A DNA stretch of 64,000 nucleotides, taken from contig JARDVH010000001.1 of the NCBI GenBank assembly GCA_030324005.1, positions 139,425,612 through 139,489,611 of the forward strand, in the 5' to 3' direction. The notes under the pieces are model-generated. The model saw only the letters and a program-made list of their open reading frames with translations. It ran no database searches and was not told the origin of the DNA. This document shows, piece after piece, positions 62,729 to 64,000 of this stretch (its first letter is position 1; the number at the start of each line of letters is the position of its first letter). The stretch is from Negaprion brevirostris (Eukaryota). Position numbers and translations under genes: made by a program.

Positions 62729-63518
62729 CACTGCCTCTCCCCAGGTATAGCTGGCCTCCACTACTGATTGCTGNNNNNNNNNNNNNNNNNNNNNNNNNNN
62801 NNNNNNNNNNNNNNNNNNNNNNNNNNNNNNNNNNNNNNNNNNNNNNNNNNNNNNNNNNNNNNNNNNNNNNNNNNNNNNNNNNNNNNNNNNNNNNNNNNNN
62901 NNCTCGGCTCATACATGTTCATCCACTGACTTTGTCTTCCAGTGAGAAGTTGTTCCTGGGAACAGCAGATGACGAAAAGTTAGCTCCTTTCTTCATATGA
63001 TAATGTAACGTACAGGCCCAAGATTCAAATATGAGCAACTGTGGTTCAGCGTTTCACCACTTAGCTAGGCACAGTCAGAAAATAACTAACAAAATATTCT
63101 GCCAGGCCTCATTTATTTTGTGGGAAACAATCAAAGTGAATCCAAATTCCAAGGAGCTAGCCGAATGCACAAGAATTTTCTCAGTAATGCTCTTTCCCTG
63201 TTTTGTTTTTGGAAATGCAGTGGGATTTGGCCATACTTGTAAATTTGATTTCTACCAGTCATGTAGCAAAAGTTATGACAATGGAGTAGGAGCAATCCCT
63301 GGAGAATATTTTGTTTTTGGTCTTGGCCGGTGATTTTGCCTCTCCATCCTCATCATACTTGATTTGTCACATCACGTGGAAAGTATAAAATATTTTACTG
63401 CTTTGCAAATGTAGCAATCTTTACTGTCAGTAGTACACAAAACAATGGAAGTCTGGGTATCGAATCACCGCCAATACATGAACAAAATCGGGGGGTCGGG
63501 TGGAGGAGGGGGGGTTGC

Positions 63519-63899
63519 GGGGTGATGGCCTAGTGATATTATCGTTAGACTATTAATCCAGAAACTCAGCTAATGTTCTGGGGAGTGGGTTTGAATCCCA
63601 TCATAGCAGATGGTGGAATTTGAATTCAATAAAAAAACTGGGATTAAGAATTTACTGATGACCATGAAACCATTGTCAATTATCAGAAAAACCCATCTGC
63701 TTCACCAATGTCCTTTGGAGAAGGAAATCTTCCAACCTTACTTGGTCTGGCCTACATTTGACTCCAGAGCCACAACAATGTGGTTGACTCTCAACTGTCC
63801 TCTGAAATGGCCAAGCAAGGAACTCAGTTCAAGGGCATCTAGGGATGGGCAACAGATGCTGGCCAGCCTGGGCACCTATGTCCCACAAATGAATAAAAA
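63519..63899 (+). mobile_element. Full-length tRNA-derived SINE with L2-like tail
   Basis: A box TGGCCTAGTG, B box GTTTGAATCCC; the tail AGGGATGGGCAACAGATGCTGGCC...GTCCCACAAATGAATAAAAA is shared with the L2-type fragments at ~16050 and ~26300. Confidence 0.88.
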
Positions 63900-64000
63900 T
63901 ATTGCTTCTAGAAGACAATAATGGTTTTGTCAAGAATGCAATGCAATGAAAGCATTTCTGGTCTTATCTTATTGCCTGTGACAATGCTGTTCGCAATTCT

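Overview
Eukaryotic, repeat-rich DNA, almost certainly from a shark or ray draft assembly with many N gaps. The lineage call rests on the many HE1-type V-SINEs and a SacSINE1/Deu-type SINE. I recognised no intact host gene, rRNA, tRNA gene or CRISPR array, so the window reads as a long intron or intergenic region. It holds about 15 HE1-type SINEs with two different 3' tails, tRNA-head/L2-tail SINEs, CR1 and L2 LINE fragments, a Penelope-like (GIY-YIG) element and a Gypsy-like LTR remnant. It also holds a dense PIF/Harbinger set: three transposase remnants, three Myb/SANT-like partner-gene remnants and many GGG...CCC MITEs with 3-bp target duplications. The most interesting observations are hammerhead-ribozyme motifs at the Penelope ends, MITEs landing at nearly the same position in two separate SINE copies, a decayed two-gene Harbinger element, two long hairpins, and two speculative minus-strand exons near 59.4-60.9 kb. 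Family names come from recalled consensus motifs, not database searches, and repeat boundaries are approximate.
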